Positions 1-14,056 are shown, numbered from the stretch's first letter. The stretch: DNA of 64,000 nt from Tubiluchus corallicola (GCA_030141605.1 JAQGDQ010000142.1:124001-188000), one strand, 5' to 3'. Translations and numbers: made by a program. The notes: generated from the sequence alone by a model not told the origin.

Positions 1-739
1 TAAAAAATGTACTGTGAACAAAGCGGACAAAACCATGAATTACACAGTTGCCTGTATCATTAGTCCGGTATTTCGAGAACTTTGCTATCATCTGCCAACT
101 TAAGCAAAACTTTTTTGTTCTTTCTAAATGGGTCAATACATATTTGTTGTAGTGGGACATTATTATAATCTTATACGTCCGTGTAGTAGAAAAAACTAAA
201 AAAAGAAACTAGACTATTTCTTTTTTTTATTTTATTAGATTAAGTTTGGTCTTCAGGAATTCTCACAATTTTAGTTCAATTACGAATAAATTTATAGTGC
301 TTTCGTTTTTCATATTTTTTAACTTTGATACGCTGCTATATCATATAGCATGATGAAATTGTGGAAGAAGCTTTGTTAAACTTCTCCTTTTGCGTTGGCC
401 AGTATAAACTAAAAGAATAACTGTATATTAGTAGAAGTTGTAATTACATTTATTTTAACGCAATTTTGCTCGAAGTGGTGCTGCCCAACGTCCAGCTCTC
501 TCTGTATGGCATATAAAGATTTCCATTAAAGATTTCTGCGAGTTCCTGAAATTATACATAAAAGCTACAAGATCATCTTTGTCCTACTAGACCTGATGAA
601 AATTTGACTAACTTCAATAACTGAAATCTCAAAAGCTTTCTTGTTTAAACCACGCAAAACTATTAACAAATTTTTTGAGAGAAATGTACACAAATCATTA
701 TTGTAGAAAAAACAAACAAACACAGTAGTTAATTAACTT

Positions 740-1210
740 GCGATGAAGTCGATTTTGGGATGCTGCATCTGTAATGTTTCCTTTACTAAAAGTTTGTCAA
801 TTTATTATCTCTTGCGGGCTTATCGAATCAGAATTTGTGTATCTAATTTGGGAAGCCCACAGAAAAAAAATAATGGATGGTAAAAATAATTTGCTTTTTG
901 TTTTTATAACATATCTGTAGGTAAAAGAGCAAATATAACTGCACGATCCGTATAATTTCGATTTGTGCGGTGAATGTTTTGAAAACGGCGACCATTTTTG
1001 AAATCGAAAATATCAAAACCGGATTTTTTAGATCCAACTACCCCAGAATAGATGTCATAGTCGTTTTTTAATATTAATTTCTGGAAATTCTTTTAATTTA
1101 TATTGTTTACGTAAAAAATTGGCGGCCACTACTTTTTCCCGTTTTTGCTAATCTTTTAAGCTGGCAACAACTTTTTTCGGATTCAGCATAGTCAAATTGA
1201 TAAGACTGGC
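740..1210. mobile_element. Probable DNA-transposon remnant
   Basis: Motifs such as ggcgaccatttttgaaa, ttggcggcca and ggattcagcatagtcaaattga resemble subterminal repeats of invertebrate non-autonomous elements. Ends not defined. Confidence 0.3.
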
Positions 1211-1644
1211 TATGTAAATTTCTTATAGAACTGTTATTGAACTTTGTATAAGCACCTTTTCAGAATTTTCTTCTAGTCTGTAAGAGATGTGTTCATCATT
1301 TCATTGCTAACAGCAAGTCAACTTTTTTGAAATTTGTTCGTTACCTCTACGTCACGTTTAGTTTACTTTGTTATTAATGAGTACACAATTGTGTTAATGT
1401 ATTCTTTCTTATACTTTGTATATGCTAGACACCATACAAACTGCAGTTCAGTAATTTTTGTCAGACGTAATCACCCCCGGTCCACCAGTGAAAAAAACCT
1501 ACTCACCATTATCAATAACGGGCGCAGTTTCCAAGTAGTGTAATGTTTTTATGATTTTCTGAGTAGCGTCACGTGTTTTATTCTTACTGGAATTAACGGG
1601 TTTCATTATTACTATAACATGAATTGCGAGTGATGTGCACTGCC

Positions 1645-1797
<153 letters not shown>

Positions 1798-2396
1798 CAG
1801 GGCACTATAAACTGGCAAGCTTAGTTCTTAGTTAACCTTGTAAAATTTACAGCTATTAGGCGCTCTTAAAGAGCAACTCACACTCAAATGTACGGCTAAT
1901 TAACACCAGTTTATTAGCGCTTTTCCCGGTACTCAAGGTTGGTTTCATCGCTAATGTCGATCTTTTTATCCCTTCAGTGCAGAGTAGTAAATGTTTCTAA
2001 CGAACCATTAAATCCGGTGTCTTCTTGGTAATTTTTGGATAAATTTCTGCTTGATGAATATTGATTCAGATGTCGAACCATCGTTGCTTATTAAAGATTC
2101 ACCGAGCTGCAGAATTAATAAGGTTCTGCTTGAACTTTGTGATTCGTAAGAATTAGGAATGCGCTATAGCAGAGATCGCTGCATAATGCTCGAATGGTCG
2201 TTTTTCCGCACGTTTCACATTTGTGTCATTATCATATCGCAAATTTGGTTACTGATCGGGAACTGATGCTGAAAATTTCCTACTTCAGAAATCTTCAAAA
2301 ATGTCGAAGCCACTTTCTGAGGCTAAACTGGATTGTTAGCTTTGTTAGTTCCTTGATTTAGAATGTTTTGCTTTTAACTGCGACGTCGCTGCTTTC

Positions 2397-2612
2397 AAAG
2401 ACAAAGACAAAAGACGAGATTTAACGCTCATTTAACAGGCAACATTAGCACTAACGGCTATTTAGCGACTTGCTCTTCAACAATAGAGGCAAGGACGCAA
2501 CACACAAATAGCGAATAACATATAGGGTATACGACCTGCGTTGGCAGCTGCTAGTATCGAACTCAAAACTGCGTGGTTGCAGTCCGCAATCTAAACAACT
2601 TGGCCACCCAAC
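2397..2612 (-). mobile_element. tRNA-derived SINE (decayed)
   Basis: Minus strand has A-box TGGCCAAGTTG (2596-2606), B-box GAGTTCGATAC (2554-2564) about 31 nt later, and a (TCTTTG)n-like tail. No acceptor stem. Confidence 0.6.
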
Positions 2613-3574
2613 CCAGGGCTGATCAATCAAAAGAAACACCAACAGATACCACCTATCATCGACTGGTTAGTTATAAGTATTCTACTTTCTTGAACCTAGC
2701 TGTATTTTCTCTCTTTAACCTTAGCTTCTAATTTCGAGTGACCACTGGTCACTGGCTTTGTTTGAGGCTAACTGCTTAAAAACTACCCAAGTATAGTTCC
2801 ATTGCCAGATAGCAGCGTCTTGTGATCTTCTTTTATTCAAATCTTGGGAAACTGTGGCGATCCGTCGAAATTCGGCTCCGTCAATCAATCCCGTCAATGT
2901 GGTATGTGGCAGCGTGAAATAATCAATACGTTGTCCGAAAAGTTAGGGCACTAGATTTCTTTCAAAGACACCCTCTAAGAAAAACAAGATCAGCAAGAAC
3001 AACGTTTAGGGGCATCGTTGCAAGAACTCAAAAGCTCTGTGTTTTCAATGTTTTGGCTTTTTCGGCTACTCGCAAAAAGTTTTTCTATTTTCACAATAAT
3101 TTATGAAGCGTTTTTGAGATCAAACAAACACTCCTTTCCGGTCACTGATTCTATAGCGTTAATTAGAGTAATTATGAAGGGCAATATCTCAAGAGAACTC
3201 AAAAGAATTTAGACGTTTCAGTTCAATTTTCGAATGATTAATCTAGTTATAACAAAAAACAAAATTAACATATAATATATCGGCTAGTAAATCTTGAGTT
3301 TTAATCCACTCCTTTTAAACAGGCTAAAAATAAAAGACAAAGACGGCATTTATTAACAATCGGCCAGGTTACAAAAAACTACTAACAAAAATTCATGCAA
3401 CTAAAGTCGTTCAATGAAATTATGGTAATTTTGTCTTTTGTATCCCTCTCCTTCTGTTTAATTATAGTGCTACCTGGTTAAATAGGATATTTCGGAGTAA
3501 ATTGCCGTCAGACAGAGGCGAGAAAAAAAATACTTTCTTGTTATAAATACAATTATTTTTATCAGATATCTGTT

Positions 3575-3680
3575 GTTATTGTAGTCTGTTGTCAGCAGTC
3601 ACAATCTCGGGTTCGATTTCCCTGGCTGACAACGCTGGGCATAGTACGCTATTTTTAGTTTGCGCGTTGTCTTCACATTT
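3575..3680 (+). mobile_element. Fragment of the same SINE family, opposite orientation
   Basis: B-box GGTTCGATTTCC followed by gctgacaacgctgggcatagtacgctatt, similar to gctgccaacgcaggtcgtataccctata in the 2397-2612 copy. Confidence 0.45.
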
Positions 3681-5776
3681 TAGTGACGTAGTAAGTGACC
3701 TAGGGCGGTACATAGTCAAAAAAATCCAGTTACATCTAAAAAAACAGCAAGGAGTTGGGCAGCTAAACTTGTGTAATTTAAAGGCTGCGATTGGGTGGTT
3801 GTTCAAGACCAGATGTCACTGCACCACATCAAAAAGAGATTTGTAGAATTGGGTGACTAAATTTAGTGCCTTACAGTATAAGTACCTCAGAGCTGTATTT
3901 ATATAGCTGGGTGAGTGAAATCATGTCGGGAATGAGTCCTGCTGAAAACTAGCTCATCAGTCTTGACAATCGGAATGGGGGGCCAGAGGGACATAGATCC
4001 TCTGTGGTTCAGTACCATGTGGCTTTTTTCATACCAAGAGAAAACCTGTAAATTGACAATGAAATTTCATCTAACAAATTTACACGTCAATATATTTAAC
4101 GCACTTTGATGCATGGTGCCGCGCATGGCTAACACTTTACACCTGCAGTCCAGGTAATAAAACATTGCCTCATATTGTGCAGTCAAATAGGAAAATGGCC
4201 CGATTTTACGACGCCTAATGGCCAGGTTTGAACAAGAAGTATTCCCATCGGTGCTGCTTGGTTCTGCCTAATGCATTCATGTAACAATCTTGGAAGCCAT
4301 TACTTGAAGTGTGTTTACTCAGCTCAAATATACGCGCAAATGGAACTTTCTGTCTCTGCAAAAGTGTATAGGTAAAAACCGGAGGTTGAGATTTGAAATT
4401 GCGCGATGCGTTCGTGCCATTGATCACCAATAGGTAAAGAATTGGGTTGAACATGATAAAAAATTAATTCTCGTTTAATTGCACGTGGCACACGCAAAAG
4501 TGCGTCATAATTGTTACTCTATTTTGTTAGTTGATAAGTTGGCAATGGCCCCATGCTGAATTCCATCGGTTTCCTGAGAAGAGATCGCAGATATTTGCAC
4601 AAAACCAAAATCATCGGTGACCAATAAAATGACCGATAATTGAGTCTGATACATTTGCTGGTGTTTCTCGGAAGAATGCATTATAACAGGCTTCTTTTTA
4701 TACTTCACATCCGTTTAGCTATAGATAACTGAGAACAGATTGCAGGGTTAAAATGATGTATGTCTATTGAATGAATTGTTTTATGATTCTAGTTGTAGTA
4801 TTTTTACTATTTTTAGTGATTGCAGTTTTTAATTTTCTTTGTAAATGTTTCATTGTGGTATTTCAGTAATGTATTACGTTCTGTAGCTTCACTGTGATAA
4901 GTATTTCCTTTATGCACGCCCGCGTGTGTGTTTTATGTAATTTGTGATCTAGCTACAGAAATAAAAACCTAATCCAATCTAATCTAATCTATGACTAATA
5001 AAGTTTTACAAAAACTCTTTTTCTGGGCCTATATTATTTTCCACCAATCTTTCTTCCCTGACGTTGTTTATGGCCACTGACGTTGTTTATGGCGATTTAT
5101 ATAAAAAAATAATAACTTTTGATATAATGATCGATATTGCTTTGGTAAACATTGTAGTAAAAACGGGACGTAGTTTAACGAATCTACAAAACCAGTTTGT
5201 TGTAAGCAATGGAAAGCATTTGGGGTCGCTGGGTTATATCTGTCTAGACAACATCGCATTAGTATCGATACTTGGTATCAGTACTAGATCCATCAATCTC
5301 ATGTCGAATCAGTGCGCTACTAGTATTTTTTATGTTATATGGTTTCTGTACGTAGATCAGTGTGAAACGCATCTTCAAAAAATCCAGCGAGAAAAAGCCG
5401 AATTTTAGTTTTAATTCTCTACGTTATTACCTGTTTGACGTGGAAGATAATGCGAGCGAAACAAATTGACCATTTGTACTAATTGACTTGTCACTAGTGT
5501 CTATAGTGGACATGCAAGCAAACGATTGGTGACATGAATAATAAATGATGGTCACGAATTAGGAGAATGCTACAAAATCCAGTGGAATAATTTGTGTGCA
5601 TCAGTTTCGTTTCGCTGTAAGCAATAAAGCAGTGAGGATTTGTAGAAACGTTGTTGTCTGAAGTAATTCGTCTTTCATATTCAATATGTAGTACAGTGGC
5701 ATGTAAGACGAATTGCAGAGAGGAAACTATTAAACAAAACAATTGAAAAAGTATGTTCTAGACTGTCAGACAAGAT

Positions 5777-5869
5777 ATGGATAAAAACACTCCAGGTTAT
5801 TTAAATTGCTTAGCTGATTGGGGATTGCAACTGTCATTGTTAGGAGCATTGCCTCCTGGAGTAACTGCG
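5777..5869 (+). CDS. Candidate alternative first coding exon (MDKNTPGYLNCLADWGLQLSLLGALPPGVTA), phase 0
   Basis: ATG in context aagatATGG, 31 open codons, strong donor GCG|gtaagt. Phase 0 fits the 34768 acceptor. No homology support. Confidence 0.5.
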
Positions 5870-6450
5870 GTAAGTGTTTCAGTTACGTAAAATCTGCAGC
5901 TTCATTGTTCTAAGTGTTACAGTTACTTATGTATGAAGTCTGTAGCTTCACTGTAGTATTTCAGTTACACAATACTAAGTCTGTATAGCTTCAAACTGGT
6001 AAGTATTCCAATTACGTGTAAACTCTATAACTTCGTTGTAGTAAGTGTTTAAGTTACGTGTAAAGTCCATAACTTCATTGTAACTCGTGTTTCAGTTATT
6101 GTGTAGAAATGTTGCAGTAAGTGTTTCAGTTATGTATAAACTTTGTATTTTGGTTGTAGTAAGTGTTTCAGTTACTAATATGTATAATCTGAACTTTCAC
6201 TGTGGTATTTTAGTAATGTACAAATTCTCTTACTTCACTGTGCTAAGTGTTTCAGTAGTTATGTACAAAGTCTGTAGCTTCGTTGTGATGGTTTCAGTTC
6301 TCTCTTGCAGTAAGTGTCTGTCGATTCACTGTGCTAAGCGTTTCCCTTGTGTGTGAGTATCTTCATTGTGGTGTGTATACATAGTTTCTCTATAAAGTCT
6401 ATAGTTTAAATGTGGTAAATGTTTCAGCTATGTCCAAATTCTGTAGCTTT
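5866..6450. repeat. Degenerate ~42-bp minisatellite (gtaagtgtttcagttatgtataaagtctgtagcttcactgtg-like)
   Basis: About a dozen diverged head-to-tail units; an isolated related unit at about 4848-4910. Confidence 0.85.
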
Positions 6451-6451
6451 A

Positions 6452-7540
6452 TTAGTCCATGACATGCAATAAAGCCACAGGAAAAAAGTCACGGAAAATA
6501 ATTAAAATTTTGGCTAAGAAAAAAAGTCACAATTAACTTCTTCCAGGGTTAGGGTTAGTTTTTTTCCTGTGATTTTTTTTACCAGGATCGGCTCTACCAC
6601 TAGGCAAACCCAAGCAATTCCCCAGGGCGCCAATTTTTTTTTTGGGGGGGGCGCCAAATTCTGGAAATAATTCCTTAATTTTTAAGTTTAGCCTAAGTAA
6701 TGTCATAGTGTACATGTAAATATTTAAGTATCCAATACTTAAATTAAGTAAAACGAATTTCTTGCGTTTTTTCCTATCAAAATCCGCGATTTATTGACGC
6801 TAGCGAGTGTCTTCCACAGCAAAATGCTTTATATTTTTGCTAGTTTCCTAAGATTAGGTCAATTCTCTCAGACATTACTGACGCGTCCTTTTGCCCACAT
6901 TTTCTACTTGTATACATAGAGCACCAGAGCCATGTATGCTTAGTAATGATCTTTCCGTTAATAAAAAATTTCTTACGATAGCATTTATCTATTTATGGCA
7001 GATAAACCTATAGGAATTGAAATCTTCAGGAGCAGAATACAGAAAACGAAAGGCAAAAAGTTGGCGGACATTGAACAGCAAAAAGATTTCGCTAATGAAG
7101 CATTTGCAACCACTCCAGAGTTATAATTGCGGAGATGATGAGGCGAGTGAAATGGATGTATACGTGAAAAAGAGGAGTTGGGGGTTTCCAAAACTTTTTG
7201 ATGAAAAGGCTTAGGTAAAATCTAGCCAAGGGTAACAGATTTGCAGGAATTTGTTTATCCCTCAAAACCCAGGGCGCACAATAAGGTCAGAAATTTGGAT
7301 TTCATTTCAATGTCAATCAACAGAAGCTGTAGATAGCTTAGTAATATATGAATAAGCTTAACACGCAGATACCATTGTATTTGATTATAATATTATACAA
7401 GAAAAAGTCAATTTTGGAATTGCGGTGGGAACCGTGGGAAGGGGTTTACCGTTGTGGAGGGGTTTCTATAAATACTCTACAAACTACCACAGGTAGAGTC
7501 GGTCCTGCTTTTTACCTGTGACTTTTTTACCTGGATTAGT
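6452..7540. mobile_element. Small palindromic MITE-like element split by the hAT insertion
   Basis: Left part has gaaaaaagtcac(a/g)gg units and central gggttagggttag. The reverse-complement units cctgtga(c/t)tttttt occur just before and just after the hAT element. Confidence 0.6.
6583..7507 (+). mobile_element. Non-autonomous hAT-type DNA transposon (deletion derivative)
   Basis: 16-bp TIRs CAGGATCGGCTCTACC / GGTAGAGTCGGTCCTG (14/16). 8-bp target duplication ttttttac / ctttttac. Internal remnant KSSGAEYRKRKAK near 7020-7060 resembles the N-terminus of Tip100/ZMYM1-like hAT transposases. Confidence 0.8.
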
Positions 7541-10500
7541 CTGTGGCGTAATTGAAAGGATTCGTTGTAGGACCCGTTTTTGTGGCAGTGAAATTATCCA
7601 GGATTATTTAATAAATCATAGCTTTTCTCTCGTTGTCTGTAATCACTGTTTATCTTAGAATCCATTCACGTTGCTATTATCAAAATGCTTTTAAGTATTG
7701 ACTTGTTTTTTGATGATTATTTATTGCTACGATACAAGAATTAAAATTAAATTTTATTTTAATAGTTATTTCGAAATTAACATTCGAACATGCTTTAAAA
7801 CAACAGCTTTTTTCCGAAAATGCTTACTTTTCATTTTTAAAGATGGTTTGACATCGTTAAAACAGTGAGTTTGCTAGATGTATTTTGAAATATTAGCTTT
7901 TTTATTTCGAAATAATAGGTGTTTGATTCCAAAATAATTACCTAATTCAAATTAGCTTCGTAACGAAATTGAGGCATTGTTTCGAAATAACAATTTTTTA
8001 TTTTTTCTGTTTGTAATAGTGTAGTTTTTGTGCTCTGGTTGACGAAGAAAATAGACAACAATTTTACCTGGGACTCACACCCGTAAAAGCCAGCAGACCC
8101 TTACTCAACAGTGATAAACAGTTCTTTTTAGTTCTTTAAAGTTCAAAGTTCTTTAAAGCAATAAAATTTAAAAGTAGTAGTAGCTAGACTGGCAAGATTA
8201 GAAGTATCAACTTTCAGCTAAAGGGTGCCTTAACCACTTAACCAAGTGAAGACGTTTGAACGCTAGGCCTACAGATGTCGCCAGTTAATCTGGTAGACTT
8301 TATAAACATCTACGCAGACGTATTGGTAATTCTGCAGTGTAAGCATGGTAATTTAAGCTACATAATTATATTTTGTTGTATATTAGACATTATTAATCAT
8401 GACGTTGCCCTCGCACTGTGAAGCTAGCAGAAGCAGGGAACGTGTTAATATATACTCTCCGAATACTCTCCGAATTTAGTTATGCAAGGCGTAATTGTTT
8501 AATAAAAATAACTGCGTGATTAAAAATCGCGATCTTTTTATTGTAGCCACTTATTCGCCAATAATCCATCTTCACTTTCTCGTATTGCGTTCTTTTGGAT
8601 TGTAGTCAACTGGCTGATTGAATGTGAAAATCGGTAAATTAATGAAAGGGATATCAGGCTGAGCCTGGAAGCGGTTTGGTGAATCAATGTACATTTACCC
8701 ATCTCTGAATTTGCTACTCAACCGTTAGCAGAAAACGGTAAACTAATCTATACTGGCTTCTTCACTGATTGACCAGTTTGGTTTAGGAAAGTGCTCTGAT
8801 CTCATGATGAAGCAATCGGCATAATGGCGTTATCAAGACAGCAATATTGCAATAACAATAGCTATGAACGATTATCGACCATTAGTATAAATAAATTTAG
8901 TATTTTTACTTATTATATACAATAAACAGGGCCGGATCTTTTCGGTCCTCAAGCTGAGTTACCTTCTAACTTGCCCGTACCCGCAAGTTAAATAATTAGT
9001 TATTTAAATAGTTAAATAAATTATTCGGCAATCCGAGATATTAAAATATTACTCGTTTTCCCATATGTATGACATGCATGACAAGTAAAAATTTCGTTTA
9101 TGTTCTGATATATATTTATTGTTGACCAATATATATACATAGAACTAGAATAAACGACTATATACATAAGCAAAAAATTAGTTCGAGTAAAAATAAAGAG
9201 AGGCCGAAGAACAATAAAGATATTTTGCTTCACTATAACATTAAAACAAAGTTTTTGGCCTCATGATCCACATAAGTACTTTCACTGCTGAGTGTTAATT
9301 TCATTAACCGGCAGACATAGCACTTTAAATTTGTATAATTTACATGCAACTATCTAAAAATAAAAATACTTTTATTTTGTTAATGAATGATCGATTGATT
9401 TTATTGGGTGATTTTTAATGTGCGTTTTTCTCTTTGACTTACACCGAGATTAATTAAATATTGCACTTTTCAATTTCATTGCACTTTAATCAATTTATTG
9501 ACTACAATATTTTTGCTTTGCTATCGTTAATAATATCCTGGCTTACACAGAGGACAACTGAAATGATTGCATTCATTGCTTTCTATATTACATAAAATGT
9601 TTTTTGGTTGTTTAAAGATTTCCATAGCTCCTACTTCAGTAAAGAATACAGTGATAAGATTTAGCCAATGATAACTGGAAAGTTTTAAAAATTCACATCC
9701 TCATTGAGTCAACATTTTTACGCCAGTTCACGTTACCCCAAGAATCAAGTAGCGCCGAGGCAACAGAACGGAGTTCCAATGCAAAAGGGAAAACTTTGAG
9801 TCTGTTTGGTGAAAGCATATCACGAAATAACCATTTTGCGAGAAAAATGTGCTTGATGAGATATTTTCTGTAAGAAATATTTTATGCGACTTGTAAGCAG
9901 CAGAATACAGGAGAGTAGAAAAAGGAAAGTGGGTAATAATTATTTAAGGATATTTCCCTGTAAACCGAGTAAAGAGCTAATATTAAAACTGTTGGGTGTA
10001 GAGATTAAAACCTAGAAATGGTGTAGAAATGGTACTAACTAGGCTATAACCATTAGACCTAATTAGTTGACAAAAACTAAGAACTTCTTGGGTGCCATTA
10101 TGATTAAATTGGCTTTCTATGAACAACTGTGTCGACGAACAAGCAGTACGATATCCTTTTATGCTGTTTTTCAGACAATTACAGTCTCAAAACTGCAAGT
10201 GCATTTTCAAATAAAATATCTATAATGTATACTTCACTCTGGCTTAGTAGTAAGTTAAGTGCATTGTTATGGGCTAAGCCATGTAAGTGCTTATCAATTA
10301 TTCAGTGAAATAAACCTACCCTAAGCTCCCTTTCTCTTCAAGATTTTCTCTGTACAATGAATGTTAAATTATTTAATTCTGCTTTTGTAGTTTGCAATGT
10401 TTATATGGTCAATGCAGGTTTGACACCTTTGAGGGTTGAATACATTTTGATTAGTATTCTGCCTATGCTCTATAACAAGTTTTCCGGGTTGAAGAATTTT

Positions 10501-10542
10501 TAAACTCAGTGCTTTACATCACCTCACATCTTAGTCAGTTGA

Positions 10543-10680
10543 TATGATGATGACGATAGTTGCTATAATGACGATGATGATAACGACAATTGCGATGATA
10601 ATTGTAAAACGATGATGATGATGACCATAACAATGGCTACGATAACATATTATTAATGATCATAGTATAATTGTGATGAC
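10543..10680. repeat. Degenerate (GAT)n low-complexity tract
   Basis: Runs of gatgatgac / gataat. Confidence 0.75.
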
Positions 10681-13380
10681 TGAGGAGAAGCAATTACTTT
10701 ATGGTTTTCGTTAATGGATGGCAGCACATGTTTTAAACAACGAACCACAAGGATTTATGGCGCGAAGTGCAGTTTACTATTATCAATTGTTTATCATTTT
10801 AATAGAAGTTAATCAAGTTACATTAGGGTAACCACTAATTATTACAATAAAAAACTTGGTTTAGAGTAATGATCATCTCGCGCCGGTAACCAAACAGTCG
10901 TTAAATTATTCAATGTCTGATGTTGAAGTTTGAAATATGATTTTGATAAGATCTGGTATGATGAGTCGATGGATGATCAGGTTCGTTGATTCATACTGGT
11001 TGTATCGGGTATATTATGAATGGTAGCGCGTACATATGTACTGGAAATTTACAATTGCTCAAGGTGTCCAATAGCAGTCTCCATCATTCCCCAAAGGACT
11101 AATGTTCAGCTGTCTTTTTCGAGGACCGAGGAATTGCTGAAGTTATTTATTACTGCTGTAACGTGATCTTATTGAACTTTAATACTGTAATCCTGGCCAA
11201 TCCACCTTCTGTGTCGGTAGCGTCGTTGCGCTTGGCTGGTCTTTCTAGTACCGCTGGGATGTGGCTAGGTGAGTGATCGCACTGTGGTTCTGAAGGCATT
11301 CATTCATTCATGTGTTGTTTGTTATACGTCCAGGTCATAATGTTTTCACTTTATATGTTATAGATTTGCTTTAAGTCGCGTGATTGATGATGGTTTGCGA
11401 TCGCCTTAGTGTCAGCTACGTCGCCTCAGTTTATTCATTCCCGAAAGTTTTCCGACCACTGAATTTCGACGTTTTTCATTCAACGAGGCGTTTGTTTTGA
11501 GCGGTTTGTACTTTAGCGGTTCTGTACTTTCTAAGGTTATATTTGAAAAGCACCAGGAAGCGGTGGGTTACGCTAATCAATTTCGAGTAAATATTGTTGC
11601 CCGAGCATGGTGGCTTATTACTTGTAAGTAAAACATGTTTCACAGATAAATCTTACTTTTCGAGGATTATCATATTTGAAGAAGAGAGAAGAAGAGAGGA
11701 GCACTCTGTCTGTAAGGAAGAGTATTTTGCTGAATGTGCAAGGTGCTAAATTCTGTGCTGACGTTGTTCCCGCTAATAAACGAATACTTTCGTGCTCGGT
11801 AGTCATCAGATTTGTTGCAAACATTGTAGGTTTTGCCTATAGACATACCGCAGTGGTAAAATTTTGAAATCGACTTTGAACTTTGTTTGCTAGAAAGTGT
11901 GTGCTTGGCGAACTTCAAGGTTGTTCAGAAGCACAAGCACAGGAAGTAACAGAACAAAGCACCTGTTGAGAATTTGCAATCGATTCCACCCATTCTTCTG
12001 GCAACACGTCTCTGGAGTAGCTGTATAATTTTGCAGTGAGCCATCTAGATACCAAGATTTCCTTCAACACGAGACAAGAACCCATGTAACTGCATCAAAC
12101 TTATTGTAGATGATAATAGGCCTCTTTACTTAACCCAGCTCACGTCAATTGCGGCACGGAGAATAACTTCAAAGCGTATATGTACTGCTGAGATGAACAA
12201 CCTACCACTTGTTCGCCAGGAAGTCCTTTGTTAGCTGAAAACAATTTCATGCACCTGAAGTTGTGATTTGTTAGCCACTTGCATGTTTTTGTTTACTTTT
12301 CCAGATAAATTAGACACTGTTATTTAACATTTCATCAGGTACAGTAACCCGCGTATTAGTGCCTACCTACCAAACGTGTTTTAAGTCTGAGCAGAAGACA
12401 GAGCAGGCTTTCTGTCCAATGTAGGTTTTTCTGGAGCGGCCAGTTAAAACTAATAAAAGAACTATATAGCATTTGCTTTTCGAGGTTTAGAAAGAATCGG
12501 CACATGCTGACCAGGCAATTGCAGTGACATGTTCCAGTTATGAACGTAAGTTTATGTCATTTGTTGACGGTCATTCATACTTGACGTAACATTTTATAGT
12601 TGCAATATTTTAACATGAACTGTGATGTTTAAATCTCTAAGAATGTGTAAAATCGCCACAGTTGCATTGTAAAAACAAACTGGCGTAGTATAGTAGTAAC
12701 TAGAAATTAAGAGTGAGGAGAGTAGCTTCCAAGAATTACTCCTGTTCCCCTGCTCTTTGAGTTAAAAAAATGAACTTGATAATAGTAGTGGAATTAACAT
12801 TCTAGACAAACAAATTTTTTATTGTTCCAAAAACCAGATGTTGTTTGTTGCCTGAGTTCTTTCATTATTATAAGACTGCAGACATGATGTGGACTCTTCC
12901 AAAAATCACATACTTTATGCTTGTTTGTTTCCTGCAAAAAGTTGCTAAATCTTGAAGGTTCCACATTACATAATGTTAAGCTCACTTCAGGGTACTTGAA
13001 CATGCTGTAAGTAGCGCAATCCTTCACTTCCTTATCTCGCCTCAGGGCTTACAGCATTTCTACTTTGAAAGAGGAGTTAGAAGGTATAGCTTGCAAGCTG
13101 AGAAATTTTAAATTAAATTGCTGAGCATCGTTTAGTTTCTTGTTGATGAGTTAACAATTTCGCATTCCAGCACTTCACTGCACTTCAGCAGGAAATGAAA
13201 TCCAAAATGTATTTTGAGCTTTTAGTAATTGCAAAACCGTGAAATTTGTTTCTGTGATTCTTACACAAAAATATTTGTGTTGAAGGCTGTCTTGTAAAGT
13301 GAGTCGCTTTTTACTACCATCTATGTATAATATATAGATTTTATATGTATAATTGTATATGCGGGGACTATACGACATTT

Positions 13381-13395
13381 ATACATACACACACA

Positions 13396-13439
<44 letters not shown>

Positions 13440-13463
13440 TATATGGTGTATATATATATATAT
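13381..13463. repeat. Compound (CA)n/(CACG)n/(TA)n microsatellite
   Basis: Seen directly. Confidence 0.95.
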
Positions 13464-14056
13464 GACGTTTTCACACTGGCGTTGTGTTAGTTGACACACA
13501 GATCCAAGAGTTTATTTTCACTTCAAACGTAGACAGGTAAATAAGTGAAATGATTAAGTTAGAGTTGCACTTTTCAATTTTGAAACCCCAGCTGCTTGGA
13601 TACAATAGAGGTCAACTGTGGATATTGCCAAGCCGTTTGTAATAGCGCATTTTTGACAGAGCTTTTCATTTCAAACGCAGACAAGTAAATAATAGACCTA
13701 GAGTTTACATTGTCACACAAGCAAATAAATGACCCTGTAAACTAAATACCGCGATGAAAGATTTTAGTTTTCTGCTTTTGTTATAGTGAACTAAATGTGT
13801 TCACATTTATGGAGTTTTCGGCTACAAATTCGTTAATTACGTTATACACAGTCCTGCTTTCTATTATACATGCTTACGCGACTAAAAGAATGTTCTTACA
13901 GTGAACTATACACATTGATAATGCAGTTCTAGCTTGAGCTGTGTGCATTACTGAATTATTGTGATGATAATGAGACTTCGTCAGTGTAGAGCATTGTAAC
14001 TTAACGTAATATTGTCATGGAAATGGATTTATTCCGACTTATTGGTTTTGTACTTG

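Noticed and set aside
2054-2145. MNIDSDVEPSLL... short ORF ending at TC|gtaaga
   Set aside because: Phase 2, weak donor context, no matching acceptor nearby.
5866-6450. CRISPR-like periodicity (also 25045-25335 and 59243-59366)
   Set aside because: Whole units are related, with no constant repeat plus unique spacer pattern, no cas genes, and a eukaryotic intron context.
6545-6558. TTAGGG telomere-like repeat
   Set aside because: Only about two units, and internal to a MITE-like element.
11259-11268. ATG TGG CTA G|gtgagt mini first exon
   Set aside because: Strong donor but phase 1, which does not fit 34768 and would need to skip to 37846. Kept only as an orphan donor and a counterexample to the phase-matching pattern.
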